This document shows positions 51,036 to 60,391 of a stretch of DNA of 64,000 bases, piece after piece; positions within the stretch are counted from its first letter, which is position 1; each line of letters opens with the position of its first letter. Position numbers and translations under genes: made by a program. Under the pieces are notes generated by a model. That model was given only the letters and a program-made list of their open reading frames with translations. It was not told where the DNA came from and did not search any database. The DNA is from Chlamydiota bacterium (GTDB lineage Bacteria > Chlamydiota > Chlamydiia > Chlamydiales > RGXB01): the NCBI GenBank assembly GCA_947494155.1, contig CANLTW010000002.1, positions 64,001 through 128,000 of the forward strand. The letters are read 5' to 3'.

Positions 51036-52133
51036 ATGGAAAATGGTAAAAAACGGCTAGTCCTTATCACTGGAGCCGGAGGGCGTATTGGTAGAGCTGT
51101 TATCAAGCGAATCGCCGATCAGTTCAAAGTGATTGGATTTGATCGCTCCAGTGCCATCTTTTTTTCTGAGGATCAAGAGATTATTCCCCTTGACGTTTCC
51201 AATAAAGAATCAATGGTCTCCACTTTCAATAACATCAAGCAAAAACATGGCAACAAAATCCACTGCGTTATCCATTTGGCCGCCTACTATAGTTTTGAGG
51301 ACAATTCCCAATTCAAAAAATACCAAAAAATTACCGTTGAGGGAACACGGCTTTTATTACAGCTATTGCAGAGCTTTGAGGTGGATCAATTCATGTTTTC
51401 CAGTACCATGCTTGTTCACAAAGAGACCCCCGTCGGAAAAAAAATCACGGAAGAGGATCCGCTTTGCCCCTACTGGAACTACCCCAAATCGAAAATTATC
51501 ACTGAATCGGTGATCCAAGAAGAGAAGGGCTCCATCAAACAGGTCACAATTATCCGCATGTCCGGGATCTATGATGATCAATTTCATTCGATTCCTCTAT
51601 CAACTCAGTTGCAAAGAGTTATGGAAAAACAGCTTTTGGCTTTCTTCTACCCAGGTAAACGAACTCATGGAAACCCGTTCTTACACATGGATGATTTAGT
51701 AAATATGATTTTACTTACCATGGAAAAAGCCTCCTCTCTTCCAAATTTTGTCACTTTTTTAGCCTCTGAAGACAAATCTTTTTCCTTTATTGAGCTTCAC
51801 CAAAGAATGAGCAAAGCTTTGTTTGGTTACAAATTCCCCCTTATATGGGTTCCCAAATTCGCTGCGAAGATCGGCTCCTTCTTTTTAAGAAACTCCTTCA
51901 TAAAACCATTTATGATTGATATCGCGGATTTGCACTATGATTGTGATTGCAGCAAGGCGAAGAATTTATTGGGTTGGAAACCCCAACATTCTCTGGATAA
52001 AAAACTTGAGCAATTGATCGCCTGGGCAAAAAATAACCTTAGAGATTTCTATCGGGAAAATAATCTTATAGTTCCAAGTAGTCTTGAAAAACAATGGAGT
52101 CGTGAAGATGCTCAAAAAAAACCACCTCGCTAA
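51036..52133 (+). CDS. NAD-dependent epimerase/dehydratase (extended SDR)
   Basis: ITGAGGRIG, HLAAYY, FSST, YPKSK (YxxxK). Confidence 0.9.
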   Translation: MENGKKRLVLITGAGGRIGRAVIKRIADQFKVIGFDRSSAIFFSEDQEIIPLDVSNKESMVSTFNNIKQKHGNKIHCVIHLAAYYSFEDNSQFKKYQKITVEGTRLLLQLLQSFEVDQFMFSSTMLVHKETPVGKKITEEDPLCPYWNYPKSKIITESVIQEEKGSIKQVTIIRMSGIYDDQFHSIPLSTQLQRVMEKQLLAFFYPGKRTHGNPFLHMDDLVNMILLTMEKASSLPNFVTFLASEDKSFSFIELHQRMSKALFGYKFPLIWVPKFAAKIGSFFLRNSFIKPFMIDIADLHYDCDCSKAKNLLGWKPQHSLDKKLEQLIAWAKNNLRDFYRENNLIVPSSLEKQWSREDAQKKPPR

Positions 52134-53397
52134 AGAGACTCACCACAAAAGTTGGTATTTTCTGGTTACGCTGTTTCTAGGATTTTGGCTCCTTTTTACA
52201 GTGGATATGCTTGGCATCTCTCAGTCCGAGATCGTCTCTAGTGATCGTATCTGTGGCGTAATTGCCATCGTCGCCTCATTTTTTGCCCTAAGAGGGGGGG
52301 CTTTTTCTCCATGGGTGATTGGATTCACCGGCGTCTATCTCCAACTTGCCCCTATGCTTTTTTGGGCTAAAGATTCCTCAGCTTATTTGAATGATACAGT
52401 TTCCGGGATCCTTTTGATCCTTTTCAGTCTTATTTTCCCGGGAATAAAAGGTGTGATGGATGAGGATAAAGGGCAAATCCCCAAGGGCTGGTCCTATAAT
52501 CCCTCTTCTTGGGTCCAACGGTTTCCCATCCTTGTTTTTGGAACCATAGGTTGGTTTGCTGCCCGTTTGATGTGCGCTTACCAACTTGGATATATTGATT
52601 ATATCTGGGATCCGTTTTTTGTAGACGGGACGGAAAAAGTGATCAGTTCTGATATCTCCAAATCTTTCCCGCTCCCTGATGCGGGGTTAGGTGCACTAGC
52701 CTACTCTCTTGAGGTTCTTTTAGGGCTTAAAGGGCGTACCGCAAGGTGGAGAACTATGCCTTGGCTCGTTGTGGGATTCTCTTTTTTGGTCGTCCCTTTG
52801 GGTCTAGTCAGTATTGTTTTAGTCATCTTACAACCCCTTATTGTGGGTGCATGGTGTAGTCTTTGTCTACTAGCCGCCTTCTGTATGTTATTGATGTGTA
52901 TGCTCACTTTGGATGAGGTCGTGGCTGTTACACAACTTCTCATCACCGCCTACAAAGAGGGGCATTTAGTGCGCACTTTCTTTAAAGGGACGTATCCGGA
53001 AGGGGTGTCTGATGATTTGGGAGCGGAAAAATTCCCCCCATCTCTCAAGGAGTTTCTTGTTGAAATGGTACGTGGTGTAACCTTTCAGCCCTACCTTATC
53101 GGATGCACGCTTTTGGGAATTTTTTTCATGCTTTCCCCATTTTTATTCCAATTTGAGGGATTGATAAGCGATTTTTCTCACACTCTTGGTGCCTTAATTG
53201 TTGTAGTCTCTATTTTGAGTATGGCGGAAGTAGCGCGCAAAATTCGAAAACTCAACTTTGTTTTGGCTTTGGTTTTGGCAATCTGCGTTTTCTTTTCTGG
53301 TTTGGATCTAATAACCATGGGTCTTTTGATTTTGGCATCCGTCGCTCTTGCTGTTTTGTCTATACCTGAGGGAAAACTTCAAGAAAGATACGGTTGA
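52108..53397 (+). CDS. Vitamin K epoxide reductase (VKOR) family membrane protein with SPW-like repeats
   Basis: PKGWSYNPSSW, LPDAGLG, redox motif WCSLC, many TM segments; GGAG upstream of ATG 52108. Confidence 0.85.
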   Translation: MLKKNHLAKETHHKSWYFLVTLFLGFWLLFTVDMLGISQSEIVSSDRICGVIAIVASFFALRGGAFSPWVIGFTGVYLQLAPMLFWAKDSSAYLNDTVSGILLILFSLIFPGIKGVMDEDKGQIPKGWSYNPSSWVQRFPILVFGTIGWFAARLMCAYQLGYIDYIWDPFFVDGTEKVISSDISKSFPLPDAGLGALAYSLEVLLGLKGRTARWRTMPWLVVGFSFLVVPLGLVSIVLVILQPLIVGAWCSLCLLAAFCMLLMCMLTLDEVVAVTQLLITAYKEGHLVRTFFKGTYPEGVSDDLGAEKFPPSLKEFLVEMVRGVTFQPYLIGCTLLGIFFMLSPFLFQFEGLISDFSHTLGALIVVVSILSMAEVARKIRKLNFVLALVLAICVFFSGLDLITMGLLILASVALAVLSIPEGKLQERYG

Positions 53398-53418
53398 GCC
53401 GAGGTTTCAAAAAACCGC

Positions 53419-53465
53419 TACAGCCCCTTTTCTTTGGGATTTTTAAAGACAAAAAAGGGGCTATA
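53419..53465 (+). terminator. Putative terminator hairpin after the VKOR gene
   Basis: AGCCCCTTTT ... AAAAGGGGCT inverted repeat with a long loop. Confidence 0.45.
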
Positions 53466-53535
53466 GTTTAAAATCACAAACGATTTTATTCTAGAATCCT
53501 CTTTAAACTTAAAATCTTAATTTTAGGTCTTATAG

Positions 53536-53607
53536 GGAGGTGTAGCCAAGCGGTAAGGCAGAGGTCTGCAAAACCTCCACGCGCCGGTTCAAATCCGGCC
53601 ACCTCCT
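53536..53607 (+). tRNA. tRNA-Cys(GCA)
   Basis: Acceptor stem GGAGGTG/CACCTCC, D-arm GCCAAGCGGTAAGGC, anticodon arm GAGGT-CTGCAAA-ACCTC, T-arm GCCGG-TTCAAAT-CCGGC, U73; CCA not encoded. Confidence 0.97.
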
Positions 53608-53645
53608 TTACACTCCTCTTTTAAACATTTAAGTCTGGGTCTAAC

Positions 53646-54443
53646 GTGCTTTATCTTGTAGCGACTCCTATTGGCAACCTCTTAGACATTACCCTGCGCG
53701 CAATTGAGGTTTTACAATCTGTGGATCTCATCCTTTGCGAGGACACAAGACATTCCACCCCACTTTTAAGACACTATAAAATTCATGCACCCTTAATTTC
53801 CTACGAACAGTTCTCAGAAAAAAGCAAACTCCAAAAAATTTTAGAAGCGCTTGAATCGGGAAAAAAAATAGCACTAATCAGCGATGCCGGGACTCCTGCC
53901 GTTTGTGACCCGGGTGCTTTATTAGTCAAAAGCTGTATTGAAAGAAACCTTGCCGTCGAATCGCTTCCCGGTGCCGCTGCCCCTATAGTCGCCTATTCCC
54001 TTTTAGGAACCATGAAACCATTCCAATTCCTTGGTTTCTTTCCAAAAAAACTGGGGGAACAGCAGGCGGCTTTCAAACAAATGCAATCTTATGATGGTGT
54101 GACACTTTTTTTTGAGAGCCCCCATAGAATTTTGAAAACAATAGAAAATATCCCCTTCAAGTGTAAGATTACCCTTTTTCGTGAGCTGACAAAAAAATTT
54201 GAGGAGCGCCTGCAGGGTTCTAGAGAGGAGATTTTAGCTCTATTAAAAAATAAAGAGCATTTAGGAGAACTTGTGGTGGCTTTAGAACCAGATGCCCTAT
54301 TGTCTCAAGATGAGGATGCTTTTATTTTTGCTCAACATCTTGTCACTAAATATGCTCTCCCCATAAGTGTTGCGGCAAAAATAGCCGCAGACCAGTACGA
54401 GGTGAAAAAACAACCGCTTTATGAAAAGCTGCATCAAATCTAG
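53646..54443 (+). CDS. rsmI: 16S rRNA (cytidine1402-2'-O)-methyltransferase
   Basis: LYLVATPIGNLLDIT, CEDTR, SDAGTP, FESPHR, RELTKKFEE. Confidence 0.96.
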   Translation: MLYLVATPIGNLLDITLRAIEVLQSVDLILCEDTRHSTPLLRHYKIHAPLISYEQFSEKSKLQKILEALESGKKIALISDAGTPAVCDPGALLVKSCIERNLAVESLPGAAAPIVAYSLLGTMKPFQFLGFFPKKLGEQQAAFKQMQSYDGVTLFFESPHRILKTIENIPFKCKITLFRELTKKFEERLQGSREEILALLKNKEHLGELVVALEPDALLSQDEDAFIFAQHLVTKYALPISVAAKIAADQYEVKKQPLYEKLHQI

Positions 54444-54473
54444 AAATTTAGCACTTTTTTTTAGCTCTATTAC

Positions 54474-54698
54474 CTAGATTCTTTTACCCTTTTTCTTCAT
54501 TCCCATGGGCGAACCGTGAATCGGGCGCATTTGTTGAAATTTATCCAAGTCCTCATTTGCCCCATGAAATTTGTTGGCTCCCATGTTTTTGTGATGCTCA
54601 TCCATGTGCCCCTCTTTCATCTGCCCCATGCGCTGAGGGTTTAGCTCTTTTTGCCCCTCTTTAATCCATTTGGAAATATTGGATTTATACTCTTTCAT
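54474..54698 (-). CDS. Small hydrophilic Met/His/Gly/Lys-rich protein
   Basis: 74-aa ORF with RBS-like AGAGGT/AGG; no known motif. Confidence 0.55.
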   Translation of the reverse strand: MKEYKSNISKWIKEGQKELNPQRMGQMKEGHMDEHHKNMGANKFHGANEDLDKFQQMRPIHGSPMGMKKKGKRI

Positions 54699-54828
54699 AA
54701 CCTATTTACCTCTAACGTGTTGCAATAAAATTTTTAGCCTCTCTTAAAGAGGTCTCTAAAAATTTGATAAACTATTTCCCTAAAAAAGTAAAATAATTTA
54801 TATATAAAATTATAGACAAGAGGGAGCC

Positions 54829-55230
54829 ATGCCAAGAAGAACTCACCGACAAGAGCATACAAGAAAAAAAGCCATCCGTTCAGGGATGAAAGCTGAGACC
54901 TATCTTCCTTTCACTGAAGAGGAAGAGATTGTGATTACTGGCGAGGTTCTCCCTTTTATCCTGACCCATTTTTTTCCCAAGGATAAACAAAAACAGATCC
55001 GCCGTTTCATTCATGAGCTTAAGGCAGACAAGAAAAAAAGGGCAAAAAAACATGCCAAAAGGGCCGATTCTTTAGAAGAAATCGGTTGTTATCGGGATGA
55101 ACACCCTTTACATAATACTCATAGCAAAATTCTTAACAATCGTAAGGAGAGCGGGTTGGCCCGTTCCAAAAAGATTAATAAATCTCTTACTACCCATAAA
55201 CAAGAATATAAGGGCAAAAAAAAGAGATAA
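54829..55230 (+). CDS. Small highly basic hypothetical protein
   Basis: RBS GAGGGAG; K/R/H-rich, 133 aa. Confidence 0.65.
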   Translation: MPRRTHRQEHTRKKAIRSGMKAETYLPFTEEEEIVITGEVLPFILTHFFPKDKQKQIRRFIHELKADKKKRAKKHAKRADSLEEIGCYRDEHPLHNTHSKILNNRKESGLARSKKINKSLTTHKQEYKGKKKR

Positions 55231-55273
55231 CTTCTCTTGATTTAGCCCCCGATATGGGGCAATATAGAGGCGT

Positions 55274-56107
55274 ATGCTTCGCGTTGCCCATATTAGTGAT
55301 CTACACTTTTTTTCCTACCCCAAGTCGCTGGTGGGCTATCTGGGAAAAAACGGGCTCGGGGTATTAAACCATCTATTTTTTAGAAAAAAAATTTTTCATT
55401 CTCGAATTTTTAAAAATCTTTTGACCGAGATTCTGGAACAAAATATCCAGGAGCTGTGGATTTCGGGCGATATCAGTGTTTCGGGAACTCTAGAAGAATT
55501 TGCTTATGCTAAAGGGGAATTATCCCCCTTTATTCACTCCCCTTTGAAGATTCGTTTGGTGCCGGGCAATCATGATGTAAGGAGTAATTTGCAACACTCT
55601 TTGGCACAACTTTTTTTAAACAAAGAGCGCTTTTCTCCTGTAGAGACAATATCCATTCATCCCCTAATTGATCTTATCTGTTTGGACTTGTCCCACAACA
55701 ATAAAAAAAGGGACTCGGGCCTTTTTTGTAGCTCTTTAGAAGAAACTTTAGAATCCCACCTACTTGCATCCCAAAAACCGCAAATCGCTATTTTGTGCCA
55801 CTATCCGCCTCCTATTGCGGAGGGAAAAAACAACCGCCTAGTGGGAGGCTCCAATCTACAAAAAATTGTTGAAGCCCACCCAAAAATTGTCCTTTTTGCC
55901 CACGGTCATACCCACCAGCAGTCGCTTCATCACCTGCACAATACGGTAGTTGCAAATCCGGGAGTCTCCCGAGGAAGCTTCGGTCGGTATAATTTTTATG
56001 AATTTGGCCCAAAATCTTTAAAAGTAGAACTGCGTCGCGTCGAGAAAAAAAATTCAGACGAGGCCTGGAAAAATGATAGGGTCTATCTTAAAGAGATCCA
56101 CACATGA
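55274..56107 (+). CDS. Calcineurin-like metallophosphoesterase
   Basis: HISDLH, SGD, PGNHD, CHYP, HGHTH. Confidence 0.92.
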   Translation: MLRVAHISDLHFFSYPKSLVGYLGKNGLGVLNHLFFRKKIFHSRIFKNLLTEILEQNIQELWISGDISVSGTLEEFAYAKGELSPFIHSPLKIRLVPGNHDVRSNLQHSLAQLFLNKERFSPVETISIHPLIDLICLDLSHNNKKRDSGLFCSSLEETLESHLLASQKPQIAILCHYPPPIAEGKNNRLVGGSNLQKIVEAHPKIVLFAHGHTHQQSLHHLHNTVVANPGVSRGSFGRYNFYEFGPKSLKVELRRVEKKNSDEAWKNDRVYLKEIHT

Positions 56108-56520
56108 AGCCTTGGTACGTATCAGGAGTAGGATTCAAGTGCACAGGTTGTGGGTATTGTTGTGCAAAAGAGCCGGGGGCTGTTTTTGTCAGTGACGAAG
56201 AGGTTCTGAAAATGGCTTCTAAATTAAAGATCTCAAAAAAAACTTTTTTAGAAACCTATACCCGTAAGCTCCATGGTCGAACCGCCCTTTTGGAGCACCC
56301 AAATTTTGATTGCGTCTTTTTGAAAGAAAGCCGCTGCACCCTTTATGAGGCTCGCCCGAAACAGTGTAAAACCTACCCTTTTTGGCCCGAAATCTTTCGT
56401 TCAAAAAAAGCTTTCGAAAACGAAAAAATCCGTTGTGAGGGGCTAGATCACCCCGAAGCAGACCACTTTACATTTGAGCAAATCCGCTCAAATATCCATG
56501 GGGAATCCACCTCAAGCTAA
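56104..56520 (+). CDS. YkgJ/UPF0153 cysteine-cluster protein
   Basis: CTGCGYCC, CVFL, CTLYEARPKQCKTYPFW. Confidence 0.9.
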   Translation: MKPWYVSGVGFKCTGCGYCCAKEPGAVFVSDEEVLKMASKLKISKKTFLETYTRKLHGRTALLEHPNFDCVFLKESRCTLYEARPKQCKTYPFWPEIFRSKKAFENEKIRCEGLDHPEADHFTFEQIRSNIHGESTSS

Positions 56521-56565
56521 GATTTTTCTTTTTGTTTTAATCCTCTTTGTTGTTAAAACCCAAAT

Positions 56566-58038
56566 ATGCAAAGAATTCCATTGGTCCCGTTCGGAACGGC
56601 AGGTTTTCGTGGCCCTATGAAAGAGGGTCTAGATGGGTTGAATCTTGAAACGGTACTGAAGTTTGCTCAGGCTACAGCGCTTTGTTTACAAGACTCTACA
56701 AGTAAAAAATTTGTCATTTCTTATGACTGTCGCCACCATTCCAAAGAGTTTGCTCATGCTGTAGCGCACGTCTTTAGCGGAAACGGTTTTGAGGTGCACA
56801 TCACCGATACTTTAATGCCTACCCCTTACCTCTCTTTTTTATGCCATCATTTAAACGCTTGTGGCGGAATTATGATCACCGCATCGCACAACCCTAGCGG
56901 TGACAACGGAGTTAAAATTTACGAAAGTTATGGCGGGCAATTTTTAGCTCATGAAAAAACATTACTCGAATGTTTAAAAAAATCTGACCCCGTAAAGCTC
57001 TCGTTTGAAAATATCCATTTTGTGGATAAAAAACATATCGATGAGTACTTTTCTATAGTGGTAAAAGTTTTAAATAAACCGTTTGATCCTTTGAGAAAAG
57101 AGCTCAAAATCGTCTACTCCCCGTTTAGTGGCTGTGGTTCTACCCTGATACCCGAATTTTTACGCAGAACCGGTTTCACCTCCTTCTCTTTGGTCGAAAA
57201 ACAGTTGCCTTTTGATCCCGATTTTGCAGGGTTTAAAAAACCCAATCCCGAAGATTCCAATAACCTCTACCTCGTACAACAGATGATGGGGGATCTCGAT
57301 GCTGATCTGGGGATTGCCACAGACCCCGACGCCGATCGAATCGCATTTTTAGATAAAAAAACCCTTTTTACGGGCAATCGCATAGGTGCGATGGTGCTGG
57401 AGGCTCTTTTAAGGTCGGGAAAAAAAGGGGATGTTCACACCTCGTTTGTCTCTACAAACCTCGTCGACGCTATGGCAAAAAAATATGGGCGTAAAGTTCA
57501 CCGCTATAAAACCGGATTTCGTTATATCTCCCAGGCTCTTCATGAAAATCCCGAGGGGTTTCTTATGGGATTTGAGGAGTCTATTGGTTACCTAATAGTA
57601 AAGGGGGGGTCATTGGATAAAGACTCTCCTCACATGGCACTGTTTGTAAGCGAAATGGCGCACGATCTCAAAAAACAGGGAAAAACCCTCACCGATTTTA
57701 GTGAAGAACTCGATTCCATTTATGGAATTTTTAGGGAAGACCAGGTCAGCCATGAGCTCAAGGAGGGGCAACAAGGGGCCGATTTTGTCGAGAATAGGGT
57801 GCTTAAACCCACTATTGCGATGCTTGGGAGTAGAAAAGTCTTACACAAAGGGGTGCATCCTGAGATGGGGATTGTCGTGATCGAACTTGACTCCTTACAG
57901 ATTTTAGTACGTCCCTCCGGCACCGAACCCAAAGTGAAATTTTACCTCAAATTAGGGCCGTTTAAAGGGACAATTCCAGAGGCAAAAGCCTACCTTGCTG
58001 AAGTAGCAGCTGCAATAAAAGAGCTTTTTTCGCACTAA
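56566..58038 (+). CDS. Phosphoglucomutase/phosphomannomutase
   Basis: FGTAGFRG, TASHNP, DPDADR, FEESIG, RPSGTEPK. Confidence 0.94.
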   Translation: MQRIPLVPFGTAGFRGPMKEGLDGLNLETVLKFAQATALCLQDSTSKKFVISYDCRHHSKEFAHAVAHVFSGNGFEVHITDTLMPTPYLSFLCHHLNACGGIMITASHNPSGDNGVKIYESYGGQFLAHEKTLLECLKKSDPVKLSFENIHFVDKKHIDEYFSIVVKVLNKPFDPLRKELKIVYSPFSGCGSTLIPEFLRRTGFTSFSLVEKQLPFDPDFAGFKKPNPEDSNNLYLVQQMMGDLDADLGIATDPDADRIAFLDKKTLFTGNRIGAMVLEALLRSGKKGDVHTSFVSTNLVDAMAKKYGRKVHRYKTGFRYISQALHENPEGFLMGFEESIGYLIVKGGSLDKDSPHMALFVSEMAHDLKKQGKTLTDFSEELDSIYGIFREDQVSHELKEGQQGADFVENRVLKPTIAMLGSRKVLHKGVHPEMGIVVIELDSLQILVRPSGTEPKVKFYLKLGPFKGTIPEAKAYLAEVAAAIKELFSH

Positions 58039-58046
58039 AATGAGAG

Positions 58047-60170
58047 TCAATCCTCTCCCCTGTTCAATTTAGAAGAATATTTAATGCGGCTATGTCGGCT
58101 GACGTACAAGGTATGAATCACTACCTTTTTCACTGTCTCCAGCTCCTTGAATGAGATATCCGAATCGGAGAATTGATCCATTTTTATTTTCTGGCTGATA
58201 AGTCGAGAAACGAGGTCTTCCACATTTTTTTCATTGATCTCATCCAAAGACCTTGAGGCCGCCTCAACTGTATCACAAATCATCAAAACAGCCGCCTCTT
58301 TCGTTTGCGGTTTGGGCCCAGGATAGGTAAAGAGGTTTTTATCTACCAAATCCGCATTCCCTTCTCTAAGCTCCACCTCTTTTTGATAAAAATAAGACAC
58401 CATGGTGGTACCATGGTGCTGCTGTATCATATCGATGATAATTTTCGGGAGCTTATGCTTTTTAGCCAGCTCTACTCCCTCGTGAACATGGGAAATAATC
58501 ACCATGGCGGACTCGGTAGGAGCCAAAAGCCTATGGACATTAAAATCGGCAAATTGGTTTTCGGTGAAGTAGTTTGGATTGAAGAGTTTCCCGATGTCAT
58601 GAAATAGGGCCGAAACCCTGCACAAAAGACCGTTAGCGCCAATAGCCAAAGAGGCAGCTTCTGCCAAAATACCCACCATAATCGAGTGCTGATAGGTTCC
58701 GGGAGCCTCAAAACAAAGCCTGCGGATCAGCTCGTTATTCGGATCCATAAGCTCCATGAGTCTTAAGTCGGTCATCACATTGAAAGCGGTTTCAAAAACG
58801 GGTAATAAAAGGGCGATTAACATCGCCTCAACCATAACTAAAAGTAAAGTGACAAAAAGGTCATAAAAAGTCGACATCTGCAAGAAGCTTGAAGTGATGA
58901 GATTTGCCCCTAAAATGATGGGCACGCAAATACACCAGAGGAGTAAACAGACCTTGAATACCTCTTTACGTTTGCTGAGGGATTGACTAAAAAAAATTGC
59001 AGCCAATGAGGCTACATAGTTGATAAGGAGAAATCTCCCCTGATCTACCGCAAGTGTCAATCCGATCGTGATCGTAAGAAAAAACGACGAAAATAGGGCG
59101 ACTTGCTTGTTCAATAAAATAGATATGAGTATTGCTGCAAAAGGGACCAAAACCGGAAAGCGGATATAATCGGTAAGATACTGAGCATTTTCGACTAAAA
59201 AGTACTCGATCACCTTTGCCCCGCCCAGGGTTAAAAAGATGATGGTTGCATATAGAGACAGACTCAAAGAGGAGTAGTAAATTTTTTTATGGTAGAGGCG
59301 GAAATATCTTGCAATCAGTATGGTCAACAAAAGGGCGATAATCCCGCTACCTAAAAGCGTGTTCCATGAAAAAAGATTACGACTCTCCTGAATCTGTTTT
59401 TTCATCTCAGCAAGCTGCCTGACATGCCTATCGCTTACAGTATCACCTTCAGAAATGATCAAAGAACCTGCTTTGACAGAGGTGTTTTTCCCCTCTACCA
59501 GAGCCTCAATGTGTGTACGAAACTTTCGGAGTTCCTCGTAGTCCACTTCAATGTTCCAATTTTTGAAGAGGGCATACCTCTGCACAACCAAATCGATCGC
59601 TTCCTTAGATTGCCCCCCCCCTTTTTGGAGCTCTTCACCCAAAAAAATGGGCCAAAAATCGTTTGATAGGGTGGGATTTGAGGGATCGATTGGGACCTGG
59701 ATCATCCCCTGGCACATGTACTTTGACTCGCAAGCTTTTCTTACGGTTCTCTCGTCGGTAATTTTTATTTTACCCAGCTCTTCAGCCAGATTTTCTATAG
59801 TCTGGTAGATCTCTTCGAAAGTCGCCGAATTGTTCCCTCTCCAATTTTTATTTTTAATAAAATACTCTTCGACTTGGGATCGGGCCTCTTTGATCGATTT
59901 AGGATCAATTTGGTAAACAGAACTAATATCAGACAACGCCTCTTGGCGCAAAATGAGAGTCGCCTCCTCATCGGGGAAAGAGAAATCGACTTGGGCAACA
60001 ATATAGCTCGAGGCCTTTGCCTCAATTTCTAAAGCCTCGACCCGCACTTCTCTAAAATGTATAAAAGCAAAGAGTATCAAAAAAAATACACTTGCAATTA
60101 TGAGGCGCAACCCACGACGGTTTTCCTTCAAACCCTCGCTAATGGACCGCATCCATCGTCTCATTTGCAT
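58047..60170 (-). CDS. pgpH: 7TM-HD phosphohydrolase (PgpH-like c-di-AMP phosphodiesterase)
   Basis: Extracytoplasmic domain, about 7 TM segments, then APGTYQHS, HDIGK, FTENQ, IISHVHEG, QHHGT, YPGPKP, DTVEAASRS. Confidence 0.88.
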   Translation of the reverse strand: MQMRRWMRSISEGLKENRRGLRLIIASVFFLILFAFIHFREVRVEALEIEAKASSYIVAQVDFSFPDEEATLILRQEALSDISSVYQIDPKSIKEARSQVEEYFIKNKNWRGNNSATFEEIYQTIENLAEELGKIKITDERTVRKACESKYMCQGMIQVPIDPSNPTLSNDFWPIFLGEELQKGGGQSKEAIDLVVQRYALFKNWNIEVDYEELRKFRTHIEALVEGKNTSVKAGSLIISEGDTVSDRHVRQLAEMKKQIQESRNLFSWNTLLGSGIIALLLTILIARYFRLYHKKIYYSSLSLSLYATIIFLTLGGAKVIEYFLVENAQYLTDYIRFPVLVPFAAILISILLNKQVALFSSFFLTITIGLTLAVDQGRFLLINYVASLAAIFFSQSLSKRKEVFKVCLLLWCICVPIILGANLITSSFLQMSTFYDLFVTLLLVMVEAMLIALLLPVFETAFNVMTDLRLMELMDPNNELIRRLCFEAPGTYQHSIMVGILAEAASLAIGANGLLCRVSALFHDIGKLFNPNYFTENQFADFNVHRLLAPTESAMVIISHVHEGVELAKKHKLPKIIIDMIQQHHGTTMVSYFYQKEVELREGNADLVDKNLFTYPGPKPQTKEAAVLMICDTVEAASRSLDEINEKNVEDLVSRLISQKIKMDQFSDSDISFKELETVKKVVIHTLYVSRHSRIKYSSKLNRGED

Positions 60171-60391
60171 AATTTCATTGTACCAACCCCCACTATTTAA
60201 AGAGAAGCTTGATACCTGTCGAAAAGCAATTCTTTTATTTTTTTGGGTATTTTATTATTTTTATTTATAATTTAGGGGGAGGTCAAATAGGTGTCTCTAC
60301 TATTTTTCACTGACGCGCGTGCAAAAGAGTTCGGCAAAAGCTTAAAATCTAAGTTCTTTAGAAAGTAGAAATCGGTTAAAATCCAAGAACT

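Noticed and set aside
53536..53645. tRNA-Cys as an integration site
   Set aside because: No integrase or duplicated tRNA 3' end seen; rsmI follows directly.
60171..60391. SRP RNA (ffs) upstream of dnaX
   Set aside because: The conserved helix-8 motif (CAGG...GGAA...AGCAG) was not found on either strand.
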